NCBI GenBank assembly: GCA_964291395.2
Contig: OZ219856.1
Coordinates: 2,464,001-2,528,000, forward strand
DNA length: 64,000 bases
Source: Alphaproteobacteria bacterium
Lineage (GTDB): Bacteria; Pseudomonadota; Alphaproteobacteria; UBA2966
Direction: 5' to 3'
This document shows, piece by piece, positions 54,220 to 64,000 of this stretch (its first letter is position 1; each line of letters opens with the position of its first letter). The position numbers were made by a program, and so were the translations under genes. The notes beneath the pieces were generated by a model, which saw only the letters and a list, made by a program, of their open reading frames with translations, made no database searches and was not told where the DNA came from.

Positions 54220-54951
54220 ATGCGTCTCCAAGGGAAGACGGTGCTGGTCACCGCGGCGGGTCAGGGAATTGGGCGGGCAATCGCGCTCATGGCCTCGAGC
54301 GAGGGCGCCCGGGTCATCGCGACCGATATCGCCGCGGACAAGCTCGCCGAGCTCGCCGACAGCGTTGCCCGGACCGACCGTCTCGACATCACCGACGGCG
54401 AGGCCATCTCGGCGTTCGCCGCCCGGACCGGCCGGATCGACGCGCTTTGCAACGTCGCGGGCTTCGTCCACCACGGCTCGATTCTGGACGCAAACGAGGC
54501 GGAGCTCGATTTCGCCTTCGATCTCAATGTCCGCTCGATGTTCAGAACGATCAGGGCTTTCCTGCCCGACATGATCGCGGCGCAACAGGGGTCCATCGTC
54601 AACATGGCCTCGGTGGTCTCCAGCCTGAAGGGGGTTCCCTTCCGGGCGATCTACGGAACGACCAAGGCCGCGGTAGTCGGGCTCACCAAAGCGGTTGCAG
54701 CCGACACCGTCGGGACCGGGATACGGTGCAATGCGATCGCGCCCGGCACGGTGCAGTCTCCCTCGCTCGACGAGCGCATCGCGGCTTTCGACGACCCGGC
54801 GCAGGCCCGCCGCGACTTCATCGCGCGGCAGCCGATCGGCCGGCTGGGAACGCCGGAAGAGATCGCCGCGCTCGCGGTGCATCTCTGCTCCGACGAGAGC
54901 GCCTACACGACCGGCGCGGTGTTCGTGGCCGACGGCGGGCTGACGTTGTAG
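54220..54951 (+). CDS. SDR, 2-keto-3-deoxy-L-fuconate dehydrogenase/BDH2-like
   Basis: TAAGQGIG, AGFVHHG, YGTTKAA, PGTVQSPSL..RI, FIARQP. Confidence 0.85.
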   Translation: MRLQGKTVLVTAAGQGIGRAIALMASSEGARVIATDIAADKLAELADSVARTDRLDITDGEAISAFAARTGRIDALCNVAGFVHHGSILDANEAELDFAFDLNVRSMFRTIRAFLPDMIAAQQGSIVNMASVVSSLKGVPFRAIYGTTKAAVVGLTKAVAADTVGTGIRCNAIAPGTVQSPSLDERIAAFDDPAQARRDFIARQPIGRLGTPEEIAALAVHLCSDESAYTTGAVFVADGGLTL

Positions 54952-55171
54952 CGCCAGCCGTCGAGGATCCGGGTCAAGTCCAGGGCAAGTCGCCGCCGCC
55001 GGCATCAGCAACGAGGAAGGTCTGATCCGCATCGACGGCCATCCTCTCCAGGGAGAGAAAGTGGGCGGACGCGTCGTCGAGGTGACGAAGAAATCCTGAG
55101 CCGGTCCCGATGCTGCACGCACAGCCTTCTCGATCTTGCGCGGTTCGGTCACCACCTGTCAGACAGAAGGA

Positions 55172-55897
55172 TCAGAAATGACGGCGCAACGAGACGCCGA
55201 ACTTTCCGATGTTGTCGAAATTATCGTCCGTATGCTTGCTGAAGGAGGCGAAGGCGCCAACGGACAGTCCGGCAGCGGAATGAACGTGCCCGGCGACCCT
55301 GATCATGGTCTCGGAGTCGGATAGCTTTCGGCCGGTGCGAGGGACATCCGCGCGTATATGGGTGCGTGAGAGCTGTCCTTCGAGCTCCAGACTTTCGCCA
55401 ATCCAATAGCGCACGCCGAGCGCGCCGCTGAAGCCGTTGCCATCGATGCTGGAGGCTACCGTGGACACGGCCGGCGCCCCCGTCCGAGAGGGAGTAACGA
55501 TCGGGATCCGATGCTTGACGTCGAAATCCACGATCGCCAGCGCCTCCGCGTAGATGCTGGTCCGTTCGCCGGCGTCGAGGTGGTACCCGGCACCCAGGGC
55601 GACAATCGTCTGCTCGCTGTTGAGGTCCACCGGGGTGTTCGCCACCTCGTTTCGGAAGTCCTTGGTTTCCCTCGCCCAGGCGCCCTTCACGTAAAAGGAA
55701 TCCGACACTTCCCGAGAACCGGCGATCCCGAAAAGCCTGCCGTCGGCATCGTCCAAAGGGGCGGCCGCCGTGTTCTCGGTCCTCGACATGTCCGCCGTCA
55801 GTTCCAGGTAGCTGTAACTGAAATCCGCCGCGCCACTGCTTGCCGGCAGGCCTGCGACAACGGCGAGAGCGACCAGTATTCCGTATCGCGTCACCAT
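55172..55897 (-). CDS. Outer-membrane beta-barrel protein
   Basis: GAGGAG RBS, signal peptide, mature start DFSYSYLE, alternating beta pattern, C-terminal Phe. Confidence 0.75.
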   Translation of the reverse strand: MVTRYGILVALAVVAGLPASSGAADFSYSYLELTADMSRTENTAAAPLDDADGRLFGIAGSREVSDSFYVKGAWARETKDFRNEVANTPVDLNSEQTIVALGAGYHLDAGERTSIYAEALAIVDFDVKHRIPIVTPSRTGAPAVSTVASSIDGNGFSGALGVRYWIGESLELEGQLSRTHIRADVPRTGRKLSDSETMIRVAGHVHSAAGLSVGAFASFSKHTDDNFDNIGKFGVSLRRHF

Positions 55898-56489
55898 GCA
55901 TCTCCTCATGGTTCGGGTGGCAGAGATAGATCGGCGGATTGCCGAGTACGCCGATGAGTCACAGCCGCCGGGCGGGAGGGAGACGGCCTCGGCCTCCCGC
56001 CCGGCGATGGGACAGGTCTCAGTAGCAATCGGCGGTGACGTGCACGAACTCCGTGTGGTCGTGCGGGGCCGGACGCCCGTCGTGGCCGTCGCATCCGGAC
56101 GCCGCAGTGCACGGCAGGTCCTGAAGCCGGGAAGTCGGGATGTCATCGAGAGGGTGACGAGATACATCGCCGGCCGGCGCTGCTCGCCGTCCGGTGCCTC
56201 GCCCCGTTGCCTTGAGGGCGCGCTTTTCTTTGGGGCTACCAAGTCGGCTCGGGACAGAAGATCCCAGACAGCGTGACCGACCGCGGTGATGATTTCTCTA
56301 AGGCCTCTGCGTCTGTCCAACATCGGGTTGCCCGGTGACCGAGGGCTCTTGTGAATTGATGTGGAGAGGACGTGGTGCGATCGCCAATACCGTTTTCTGC
56401 CGGTTCAGCTAAGACAGTCTTATGGAGATCGATCCCGCCCGCCCGGCGACCACCTCCTCCGACGCCGGGGGAGTTCTTCGAGGCGCGGC

Positions 56490-56621
56490 GGGATCTGATC
56501 CAGACCCACCACGCCGCGCACGTGGAGGCGACGGCTCGGCGTGTCGCGGTCCCTGCTCTACAGGTACGTGACGCGGGACGACGCGCCGACGGAGGCGGGC
56601 CGGAAGCTGCTCGAGATGTAA
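56490..56621 (+). pseudogene. Serine resolvase C-terminal HTH remnant
   Basis: RLGVSRSLLYRYVTRDDAPTEAGRKLLEM* resembles the Hin/Tn3-resolvase HTH end. Confidence 0.55.
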
Positions 56622-56675
56622 ATCTTGTCGGAGAGACTCAGGAAGGCGCGCGATGAGGAGGAAAGGGGCGGCTAT

Positions 56676-57110
56676 TTAACCATCGCCGCCTCCGAAGCCA
56701 CCGCCCATTGCGCCGCCTCCGAAGCTACCAGGCCCGTCGCTGCCGATCCCGTCGTAGCCGCCGCCCACGCCCCCGCCATGCGCCATCGGCGCGAAATCGC
56801 TGGCCGCGGCCCCTAGGATAAAGCCACTCATCAGGGTCATGTCGGCGGCGTGCATCATGCGGCGCTGGCGCAAGATTCGTTCGGCGCGTTCGACCTCTTT
56901 CGGATCGTCGGACAGTTTCGCCGCTTCCGCCGCCGCCAACTCCTGGAGCAGCCGCTGGTACTTTCGCCATAACCGATGAATACGCCAGCCAGTGAAGACA
57001 ATGATCGCCGCAATAGCCAGCCCGAGCACCACCTGACCGGCGTCGAGCCGCACGATCACAAACCAAGCCAGAATTGTTAACAACGCCCCATCGATCAAAC
57101 GACGTAGCAT
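56676..57110 (-). CDS. Small membrane protein with a Gly-rich tail
   Basis: Two N-terminal TM segments; GGGFGGGDG tail. Confidence 0.6.
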   Translation of the reverse strand: MLRRLIDGALLTILAWFVIVRLDAGQVVLGLAIAAIIVFTGWRIHRLWRKYQRLLQELAAAEAAKLSDDPKEVERAERILRQRRMMHAADMTLMSGFILGAAASDFAPMAHGGGVGGGYDGIGSDGPGSFGGGAMGGGFGGGDG

Positions 57111-57430
57111 GCATTCCTCCTCGCGTTGGTTGCTCTATCCAACATTTCCCGGACAGCCTCCAATTCACGGGCAATCACGGACAAATCCTACCACCGATGG
57201 AAGGATATTTCCTCATCCTCACGGCCGCGGCCTTGGGTCGATGGGATGCCGTATCGGCCGGCTGGACAGAAGGGTCAGGTCTTTCCACGCCGCAGTCTTC
57301 GTAAAGGAACTTTTCGAGATGGTGTTCCAAGTACCAGCGAACCACCGCGGGCCTGCAAATTTTTGTCCGATCGAGTGTCCATAACCCAAAGGTGGACCAA
57401 CCCAATGGGGAGGATCACCGCAGGCAGCGA

Positions 57431-57826
57431 TTATCGATATCTCCCGTGCTTCTGAAGCACCTCGATCTTGTAGCCGTCAGGATCCTGCACGAAGAAAAAT
57501 TTCGCCATCAGCAATCCATCCCGATGGAACTCTTTCACATCCGTTGGCTCGAACCCAAGGTTCTTGAAACGGGCATGCTCTTCATCGACATTGTCGACGG
57601 CGACCCCCAGATGCCCGTATCCCGACCCATGTGAATACGGTTCGGCCTGCCCATGATTGACGGTAAACTCGACTTCGAAATCAGCTTCGGAATTCCGAAG
57701 GTAGACAAGCGTGAAATCATCAAACTCGAAACGATCAGCGACATCGAGGTCGAAGGCCTTTTTGTAGAAATCGAGCGATCGGTCTTCTTCCTTCACCCGG
57801 ATCATCGAGTGGATCGCTTTGGCCAT
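57431..57826 (-). CDS. VOC/lactoylglutathione lyase family protein
   Basis: HSMIRV, GYGHLGVAV, DPDGYKIE. Confidence 0.9.
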   Translation of the reverse strand: MAKAIHSMIRVKEEDRSLDFYKKAFDLDVADRFEFDDFTLVYLRNSEADFEVEFTVNHGQAEPYSHGSGYGHLGVAVDNVDEEHARFKNLGFEPTDVKEFHRDGLLMAKFFFVQDPDGYKIEVLQKHGRYR

Positions 57827-57994
57827 GATGCCTCCCCATTTTACGATTGCGGCGCTGTCTCCAAGATTTGGTGTCTAGAGAACAATACGGCTTTCATCTC
57901 CCGAGAGACAAAAGAGAGCGTGCGATGAAAGGAAGTCCCGTCCTGACACGCAAGAGCGCATGACCGGGACGCCTGAACCCGAGGAGGCCGACAG

Positions 57995-59047
57995 ATGACA
58001 GGACAGCTCTACGTGGGCGCGGGCCCCTGGGCCTCCGACAACAGCGAGAAGGACTTCGGGCTCTTTCGCAGCACGGATGACGGCAATACCTGGCAGCGAC
58101 TTACTCGTGGCCTCCCGCAACGGCCGGAGGTGCGCGCGCTGGCAGTGGATCCATCGGATCCCGGTACCGTCTACGCCGCGACCCAGGCGGGCCCCTATCG
58201 CAGCCGTGATGGCGGCGAGTCCTGGGGATCGCTGGGCCTCGACGGGTTGGGTACCACCTGGTCGGTGACGGTGCATCCCGCGGACTCCGACGTGTTGCTG
58301 GTGGGGACGACCGATGCCGGTGTGCACCGCAGCGTCGATGGCGGTGCGACCTGGCAGGCGTTGCCGACGATCATGCCCATGGAGGTCTGTGACGGGGGCT
58401 TTGCCCCCCGGATACTGCGCGTGGTCCTCGACCCCTCCCATCCTCACGAGATGTACGCGGCTGTCGAGATCGGAGGGGTCATCCGCAGCCTCGACAATGG
58501 CCACAGCTGGTCGTCCTGCAACTCGGGCCTGCTCGCCCTGGCTGAAGACGACCGGTACAAGAGCCGCCTCGTCAGCGATGCCGATCACGAGGGCATGATG
58601 GACTGTCACGCGCTCGCCATCAGCCGTGAGCGACCCGGCACTCTGTTCCTCGCCTGTCGCATGGGACTGTTCCGGAGCGTCGACCGCGGCGAGAGCTGGG
58701 AGGATGTGGGTATCGATCGGTTCTCCCCACTCACCTATGTTCGTGACCTGCGCGTGTCGCCCCGTGATGACAGGGTTGTCCTGGGCGCGTTCAGTCGTGC
58801 GTTCGACGGCGATGCCGGCTCGCTCTATCGCAGTGACGATCTCGGCGAGAGCTGGCGGCGCTTCGATCACGGATTGGAGATGGACAGCACGCTGATGACG
58901 GTTGCCGCGAGTCCCAGCAGCGCTGAGCGCGTGTGGTGCGCCACGCGACACGGTCAGGTGGTCGGCACCGAGGACGGCGGGGAGACCTGGCTGTCGCGTG
59001 CTCTTCCGGAACGGATCAAGGGTGTCTGGGCCATCGCCTGCGCGTAA
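57995..59047 (+). CDS. BNR/Asp-box repeat beta-propeller protein
   Basis: Seven S/T-x-D-x-G-x-T/S-W repeats; no signal peptide. Confidence 0.85.
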   Translation: MTGQLYVGAGPWASDNSEKDFGLFRSTDDGNTWQRLTRGLPQRPEVRALAVDPSDPGTVYAATQAGPYRSRDGGESWGSLGLDGLGTTWSVTVHPADSDVLLVGTTDAGVHRSVDGGATWQALPTIMPMEVCDGGFAPRILRVVLDPSHPHEMYAAVEIGGVIRSLDNGHSWSSCNSGLLALAEDDRYKSRLVSDADHEGMMDCHALAISRERPGTLFLACRMGLFRSVDRGESWEDVGIDRFSPLTYVRDLRVSPRDDRVVLGAFSRAFDGDAGSLYRSDDLGESWRRFDHGLEMDSTLMTVAASPSSAERVWCATRHGQVVGTEDGGETWLSRALPERIKGVWAIACA

Positions 59048-59119
59048 GGGGCAGGCGAACACCATCCGGTGCTGTCGCGTTCGAATTGTCCGGCGTCTGA
59101 AGTTTCTCGGACAGTGCGC

Positions 59120-59734
59120 TCAGGCCGGCGGCGCGGTCTCACGGAACGCCTCCAGAGTGCCGAGCTCCTGGCTCAGGGCCTCGAGCTTCGGGCATTCGAG
59201 GGTGGCGAACAGTTCCGGGATGGCTATGCGCACGAACTCATAGACTGCCGCGGTAGTCAGGTCCGCCTGCGTGAGCCGAGAACCGGCCAGCCAGGGCGAG
59301 CCGGCCTGGCCATCCAGCCATTGGAAACCGCTGCGGCTCTGCTCCGAGATCATCTCGACCCAGGGTGGGTGCCATTTTTCCTCGGGGCGGTACCGTTTCT
59401 CATATGCGACCAAGGTGGCTTTCTCGACCGCACCCACGGCCACGGCCATGAGTTTCAGAACCCGTCTGCGTTCGGCCCCGAATGCAGGTGTGAGTGCCCG
59501 CTCCGGGCCGACCTGCTCATCCAGGTAGTCGAGGATGGCTCCGCTGTCGACAAGGGTCTCACCGTCATCCAGGATCAGCGCGGGAACACGAGTCAGGGGA
59601 TTGAGGTCGCGGATCTTCTGCCGGTCGTCCCCCACGACCGCGAACGGTCGGTGCTCGAAGGGCAGGTCATAGAGATGCATCGTCGTCGCCACGCGACGGA
59701 CGAAGGGCGAGAGGTAACGGCCAACCAGGATCAT
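59120..59734 (-). CDS. Glutathione S-transferase
   Basis: SPFVRRV, NPLTRVPAL, DSGAILDYL, TQAD. Confidence 0.9.
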   Translation of the reverse strand: MILVGRYLSPFVRRVATTMHLYDLPFEHRPFAVVGDDRQKIRDLNPLTRVPALILDDGETLVDSGAILDYLDEQVGPERALTPAFGAERRRVLKLMAVAVGAVEKATLVAYEKRYRPEEKWHPPWVEMISEQSRSGFQWLDGQAGSPWLAGSRLTQADLTTAAVYEFVRIAIPELFATLECPKLEALSQELGTLEAFRETAPPA

Positions 59735-59789
59735 GGCCCGAGGCTCCTTGACGAAACGCGCAATCGGACGAATGCCGTTTCAGCATTGT

Positions 59790-60200
59790 CTAAACACCAG
59801 CTCCCATTGCATCAAGCGCGATCTGCCGCTCACACCCCGCGAGCCCGGCCCTGCGCGCGTCTTCCATCAGGGTGTCAATGGCCGTCGCCAGTTCGTCGCA
59901 GCCAGCTCCGGAAGGTGCCGACCTCCGGCCGGTCGAGCGCCGCCCGCGGGTCAGCATCCAATAGCCGTCGTCGGTCGCCATGCTCTCGCCGATCGGGGCG
60001 CACGAGATTGCCCGACCGCAGGTCGTCGCGGGGAGCGTGGTGCACGACAGCGCCACCCCCCGCCGTTGCGCGGCGGCGGTCCACCGAATTGACAGGCGGT
60101 GGGCGGACGGCACGTCGGAAAGACCGACCGCCGCCAGAACTCCCACCCTCCGGCCAGGGCAGGGGCCCCGTGTCCTCGAGATGCAAGAGCGTGGCCCCGG
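59790..60200 (-). pseudogene. Multiply frameshifted C-terminal remnant of a LysR (GcvA-like) regulator
   Basis: Pieces in alternating frames: GVALS / DDLRSGNLVRP / ESMATDDGYWMLT / ALDRPEVGTFRSWL. Confidence 0.55.
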
Positions 60201-60893
60201 CAAGACTGCCGTCCCCAGAAACCGGAAATAATTCCGCGCAGACAACTCATATGTTGAATTCTCCGCAACCACTCTTGCAATCCTCTCAAATGTTGATTTT
60301 TTTGTTGCCTCCGCGTGTCGCCACGCGGTTGAACCTCTCGCCGGGGGATCAGCAGGTTCGTGATCCCCTTCTCCTCCTTGCCACGGCAGGCTCAGATGAA
60401 GCAGCTGAAGACTTTCGTCTCCCTCTCCTTGCTCTTTCGCCCGCCGCCTGCGCGCGGCAGCGACCTTCCTATCGAACTTCCGGGGGGCGTGACAGGAACC
60501 CGGGCGAAGCCAACCACATCGTCGCCTTCACCCTTCCGAACGCCCGCCGTGCCCGATCCCTCAACTGACAACGCCACAAAACTCCAAACGTTCCGGTTGC
60601 AGGATCTCGCTTCGACAAGCCGTTCCCTCTTGGGGGTTCATAGGATTTTATTTATAAGATTTCGTCGAAGATTTGATATAAAATATTTGTATAAATATCC
60701 GGGGGGGGGGGGACTTTTTGATGTGAATTTCATAATAATGAGGCGCTTCAGCCGGCCGTACGCCAGCGCGTCGCGCGATATGCCGCCAGCGGCGGTTCGC
60801 CTCTTCCGCATCATTATGGAGCCATCGTTCAAATAAATCTAAAGTGTGTCGGCTTCATAATAATGACGGCGGGGATGACACAAGGAGGCGGTT

Positions 60894-63233
60894 TTGGCTC
60901 GCGGCAGCAGTGAGGCTGAAGACCTGAAGCGGAAGAATGAGGCGTTGCGCACGCGCATCGCGGCGCTGAACGCGGCCATCCTGCGGATCAACGCGAGCCT
61001 CGACCTCGACACCGTGCTCGACGAGGTGATGGAGAGCGCCCGGGCGCTTACCGGCGCCCGCTGGGGCGCGCTGGCGAGCGTCGACGAGGCGGGCGCGCCC
61101 CAGGACTTCCTGACCTCGGGCTTCACGCCGGAGGAGGAGCTGGAGCTCCTCGCATGGCCGCACAGCCTGAGCCTGTTCGAGCACTTCCGCGGGCTGCCGG
61201 GGCCGGTGCGGCTGGCCGATCTCGCGGGCTACGTCCGCGCGCTCGGCATCGAGCCCGTGCGGATGTTCTCGCGCAGCTTCCAGGGCACGCCGATGCGCCA
61301 CCGCGGCGTCGACGTCGGCAACTTCTTCCTCGCCGACAAGGCGGACGGGGAGGCGTTCACCGACGAGGACGAGGAGGTGCTGACGCTGTTCGCCTCGCAG
61401 GCGGCGTCGGCGATCGCCAACGCCCGCATCCACCGCGGCGAGCGCCGGGCCCGGGCCGACCTCGAGGCCCTGGTCGAGACCTCTCCGGTCGGGGTCGTGG
61501 TGTTCGATGCGCAGACCGGCCGGGCGGTGTCGATCAACCGCGAGGCGCGGCGCATCGTGGAGCGCCTGCGCATGCCGGGCCATCCGCCCGAGCAGCTCCT
61601 GGAGGTGCTGTCCTTCCGCCGCGCCGACGGCAGCGAGGCGAGCCTGGGCGATCTCCCGATCGACCGTCTGCTGCAGAGCGGCGAGACGGTGCGCGCCGAG
61701 GAGGTGGTGCTCTCGGTGCCGGACGGGCGCAGCGTCAGGGCCTTGGTCAACGCCGCGCCGGTTCGCACCGAGGGGGATGGCATCGCCTCGGTGGTGGTGA
61801 CCCTGCAGGATCTGGCGCCGCTCGACGAGATCGAGCGGCTGCGGACGGAGTTCCTGGGCCTGGTGAGCCACGAGCTGCGGGAGCCTCTGGCCGCCATCAA
61901 GGGCTCGGCGACGACGCTGCTTGAGGACTCCGCGGCGCTCGACCCGGCCGAGATGCGCGAGTTCCACCGCATCATCGTCGCGCAGTCCAACCACATGCGG
62001 GGCCTGATCAGCGACCTGCTCGACGCCGGCCGCATCGATTCGGGCGCGCTCTCGGTGGCGCCGGAGCCCTCGGAGCTGGCGGAGCTGGTGGAGCGGGCGC
62101 GGGACACCTTCGTGGGCGGCGGCGGGCGGCACGGCATCGTGGTGGACCTTCCCGTCGGCCTGCCCCGCGCGATGGCCGACCGCCGGCGCATCGTGCAGGT
62201 GCTGAACAACCTCTTCGCCAACGCCGCCCGGCACGCCGCGGAGTCCTCGCCCATCCGGGTCTCGGCGCGGCGCGAGGAGGGCCATGTCGCGGTCTCGGTC
62301 GCGGACGAGGGCCGCGGTGTGGCGCCGGAGCTGCTGCCGCGGCTCTTCGACAAGCACGCCGGGGAGGGCTCGAAGGCCGGCTACGGCCTGGGGCTCGCGA
62401 TCTGCAAGGGGCTGGTGGAGGCGCACGGCGGGCGCATCCGGGCGGAGAGCCCCGGCCCCGGCCTCGGCACCACCGTCACCTTCACCCTGCCGGTGGCAGG
62501 CGAGACGGGCGCGGAGGCGGCTGCGGGCCCTCCGCCCGGCGGGCAGCCGGCCGAGAGGGTACGCATCCTGGTGGTCGACGACGACCCGCGGACGCTACGC
62601 TCGGTGCGCGACACGCTGTCGGCGGCCGGCTACGCCCCGCTGGTGACCGGCGAGGCGGGGGAGCTCGCGCACATCATCCGCTCGGAGAGGCCGCGGCTGG
62701 TCCTGCTCGACCTGGTGATGCCCGACAAGGACGGCATCGCGCTGATGCAGGAGGTCCCCGAGCTCTCCGACCTGCCGGTGATATTCATCTCGGGCTACGG
62801 CCGCGACGAGACGGTCGCCGCGGCGCTCGAAGCGGGCGCGGCGGACTACGTCGTCAAGCCGTTCTCCTCGACCGAGCTGGTGGCGCGGGTCCGGGCCGCG
62901 CTGCGCCGCCACGAGGAGCCCGGGCCTTTCGTGCTCGGAGACCTCGCCATCGACTACGGGCGCCGCCGGGTGTCGGTCGCGGGAGACCCGGTCGCCCTCA
63001 CCGCCACCGAGTTCGAGCTCCTGCGCATCCTCTCGCTCAACGCGGGGCGGGTCGTGACCTTCGATACCCTGCTGCGCCGCATCTGGAGCGGGCGCGGCAG
63101 AGCCGATGCGAACCTGGTGCGCATCTTCGTGCGCACGCTGCGCCAGAAGCTCGGCGAGGACGCGGCGAACCCCGCCTGGATCTTCAACGAGCGCGGCGTC
63201 GGATACCGCATGGCCGCACCGGGGGAAGACTGA
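60894..63233 (+). CDS. Soluble GAF-PAS histidine kinase fused to a complete OmpR/KdpE-type response regulator (REC + winged helix)
   Basis: AGGAGG RBS with TTG start; SHELREPL, NNLFANA, DEGRG, GLGLAIC; VVDDD/LLDLVMP/KPF; LTATEFELL...RGVGYR. Confidence 0.92.
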   Translation: MARGSSEAEDLKRKNEALRTRIAALNAAILRINASLDLDTVLDEVMESARALTGARWGALASVDEAGAPQDFLTSGFTPEEELELLAWPHSLSLFEHFRGLPGPVRLADLAGYVRALGIEPVRMFSRSFQGTPMRHRGVDVGNFFLADKADGEAFTDEDEEVLTLFASQAASAIANARIHRGERRARADLEALVETSPVGVVVFDAQTGRAVSINREARRIVERLRMPGHPPEQLLEVLSFRRADGSEASLGDLPIDRLLQSGETVRAEEVVLSVPDGRSVRALVNAAPVRTEGDGIASVVVTLQDLAPLDEIERLRTEFLGLVSHELREPLAAIKGSATTLLEDSAALDPAEMREFHRIIVAQSNHMRGLISDLLDAGRIDSGALSVAPEPSELAELVERARDTFVGGGGRHGIVVDLPVGLPRAMADRRRIVQVLNNLFANAARHAAESSPIRVSARREEGHVAVSVADEGRGVAPELLPRLFDKHAGEGSKAGYGLGLAICKGLVEAHGGRIRAESPGPGLGTTVTFTLPVAGETGAEAAAGPPPGGQPAERVRILVVDDDPRTLRSVRDTLSAAGYAPLVTGEAGELAHIIRSERPRLVLLDLVMPDKDGIALMQEVPELSDLPVIFISGYGRDETVAAALEAGAADYVVKPFSSTELVARVRAALRRHEEPGPFVLGDLAIDYGRRRVSVAGDPVALTATEFELLRILSLNAGRVVTFDTLLRRIWSGRGRADANLVRIFVRTLRQKLGEDAANPAWIFNERGVGYRMAAPGED

Positions 63234-63422
63234 ACCCCGTTCCCGCTACGGTTCGTTGTTGGCGTCGGGTTGGGTCTCGATTTCCTCGAAACGGCTGCTG
63301 TAGTTCGCTCCATTAGCTTCCCTCTCGGAAAGTGTCGAAGTGGAAATATCACTAGTCCCGGTATCGGCGCGTAACGCATGATTCCCCGGTTGCTTGCGAC
63401 GAACGTTACAGGGGAGGGCCGC

Positions 63423-63647
63423 TCACTGCTGACACTTTCGGTGTCCCGGCCCTCCCTGCCCGACGCGCCAGGGAGGTGGGGGGACGCGCCGGGCCCGGGC
63501 TTCCTGGATCTCGTAGGTCTCCGCGGGCGCGGCGGACCGGGTGAAATGGAGCGTTCCCGCACCGCCGAGCCAGTCGTGGCCCTCGTCCCTGGCGCAGCCG
63601 GTCACCGCCAGAGCGGCCGCCAACACCGCAATTGCCTTGTTCACCAT
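63423..63647 (-). CDS. Short putative lipoprotein (possibly truncated)
   Basis: Lipobox MVNKAIAVLAAALAVTG-C. Confidence 0.4.
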   Translation of the reverse strand: MVNKAIAVLAAALAVTGCARDEGHDWLGGAGTLHFTRSAAPAETYEIQEARARRVPPPPWRVGQGGPGHRKCQQ

Positions 63648-64000
63648 GGGCTGTGTCTTCCGCTTCCGTCCGGAAGTGCCTTTCGGTCCCGCATTCCGCA
63701 GGACGATCCGCGGCCCGCCCGCTCCCCTTTCTCTGAAGCGTTTCGTGTGCCCGGACTGCCGACGCTTCGCGCCGAAGGCTCTCGCTTCGGCGAGCCCGAA
63801 CCGTCGCGCCGGTATTCTGCACGATTTGAGGAGATTTTATATAAATTATACGTGTGTAAATGAGATATTTTGATGTGATATTTATAAATATCAGGAGAAT
63901 CTGGCACCCGCATGCCGCTGCGGCTTCGCCGACGGTGCCCTGGAAGAGCGAGCGCTCCAGGTTGGCGTCGAGGCCCGCACGCCTGTGCACGATGTTGGAC

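Noticed and set aside
60311-60368. Two adjacent hairpins as a possible riboswitch or tRNA remnant
   Set aside because: No recognisable conserved motif; compatible with chance pairing in GC-rich DNA
63902-63915. Sigma54 promoter TGGCAC...TGC
   Set aside because: GG-to-GC spacing is one base short

Overview
High-GC alphaproteobacterial chromosome segment (Rhodospirillales-like by 16S and gene content; the genus cannot be assigned without a search). Four blocks. (1) 1-16.6 kb, organosulfur block: MsmAB-like Rieske oxygenase, SDR, SLC13 permease, OsmC, oxidative-type sat-aprMBA, a sulfonate-type ABC transporter with two permeases, and an amidase. (2) 16.7-41 kb, aromatic-acid block: Liv-type ABC importer, hcrCAB, ubiX, an adrenodoxin-reductase-type FNR, korAB, benzoate-CoA ligase and boxCB, with no boxA and no benzoyl-CoA reductase in the window. 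(3) ibpA with an RpoH-type promoter and ROSE thermometer, then a complete rrn operon (16S, tRNA-Ile, tRNA-Ala, 23S, 5S, tRNA-fMet). (4) An accessory region after tRNA-fMet: divergent typA, P450, sugar-acid dehydratase and SDR, OM beta-barrel, VOC, BNR-repeat protein, GST, and a soluble GAF-PAS-kinase-REC-wHTH fusion, interspersed with many short gene fragments (SRAP, terminase, AbiEi, DUF3047, resolvase, LysR). The best candidates for undescribed systems are a hybrid Hcr/Kor/FNR + BoxBC route, a sulfonate-to-sulfate module, and the one-polypeptide two-component regulator. All calls come from motif and family recognition by eye; no searches were run.
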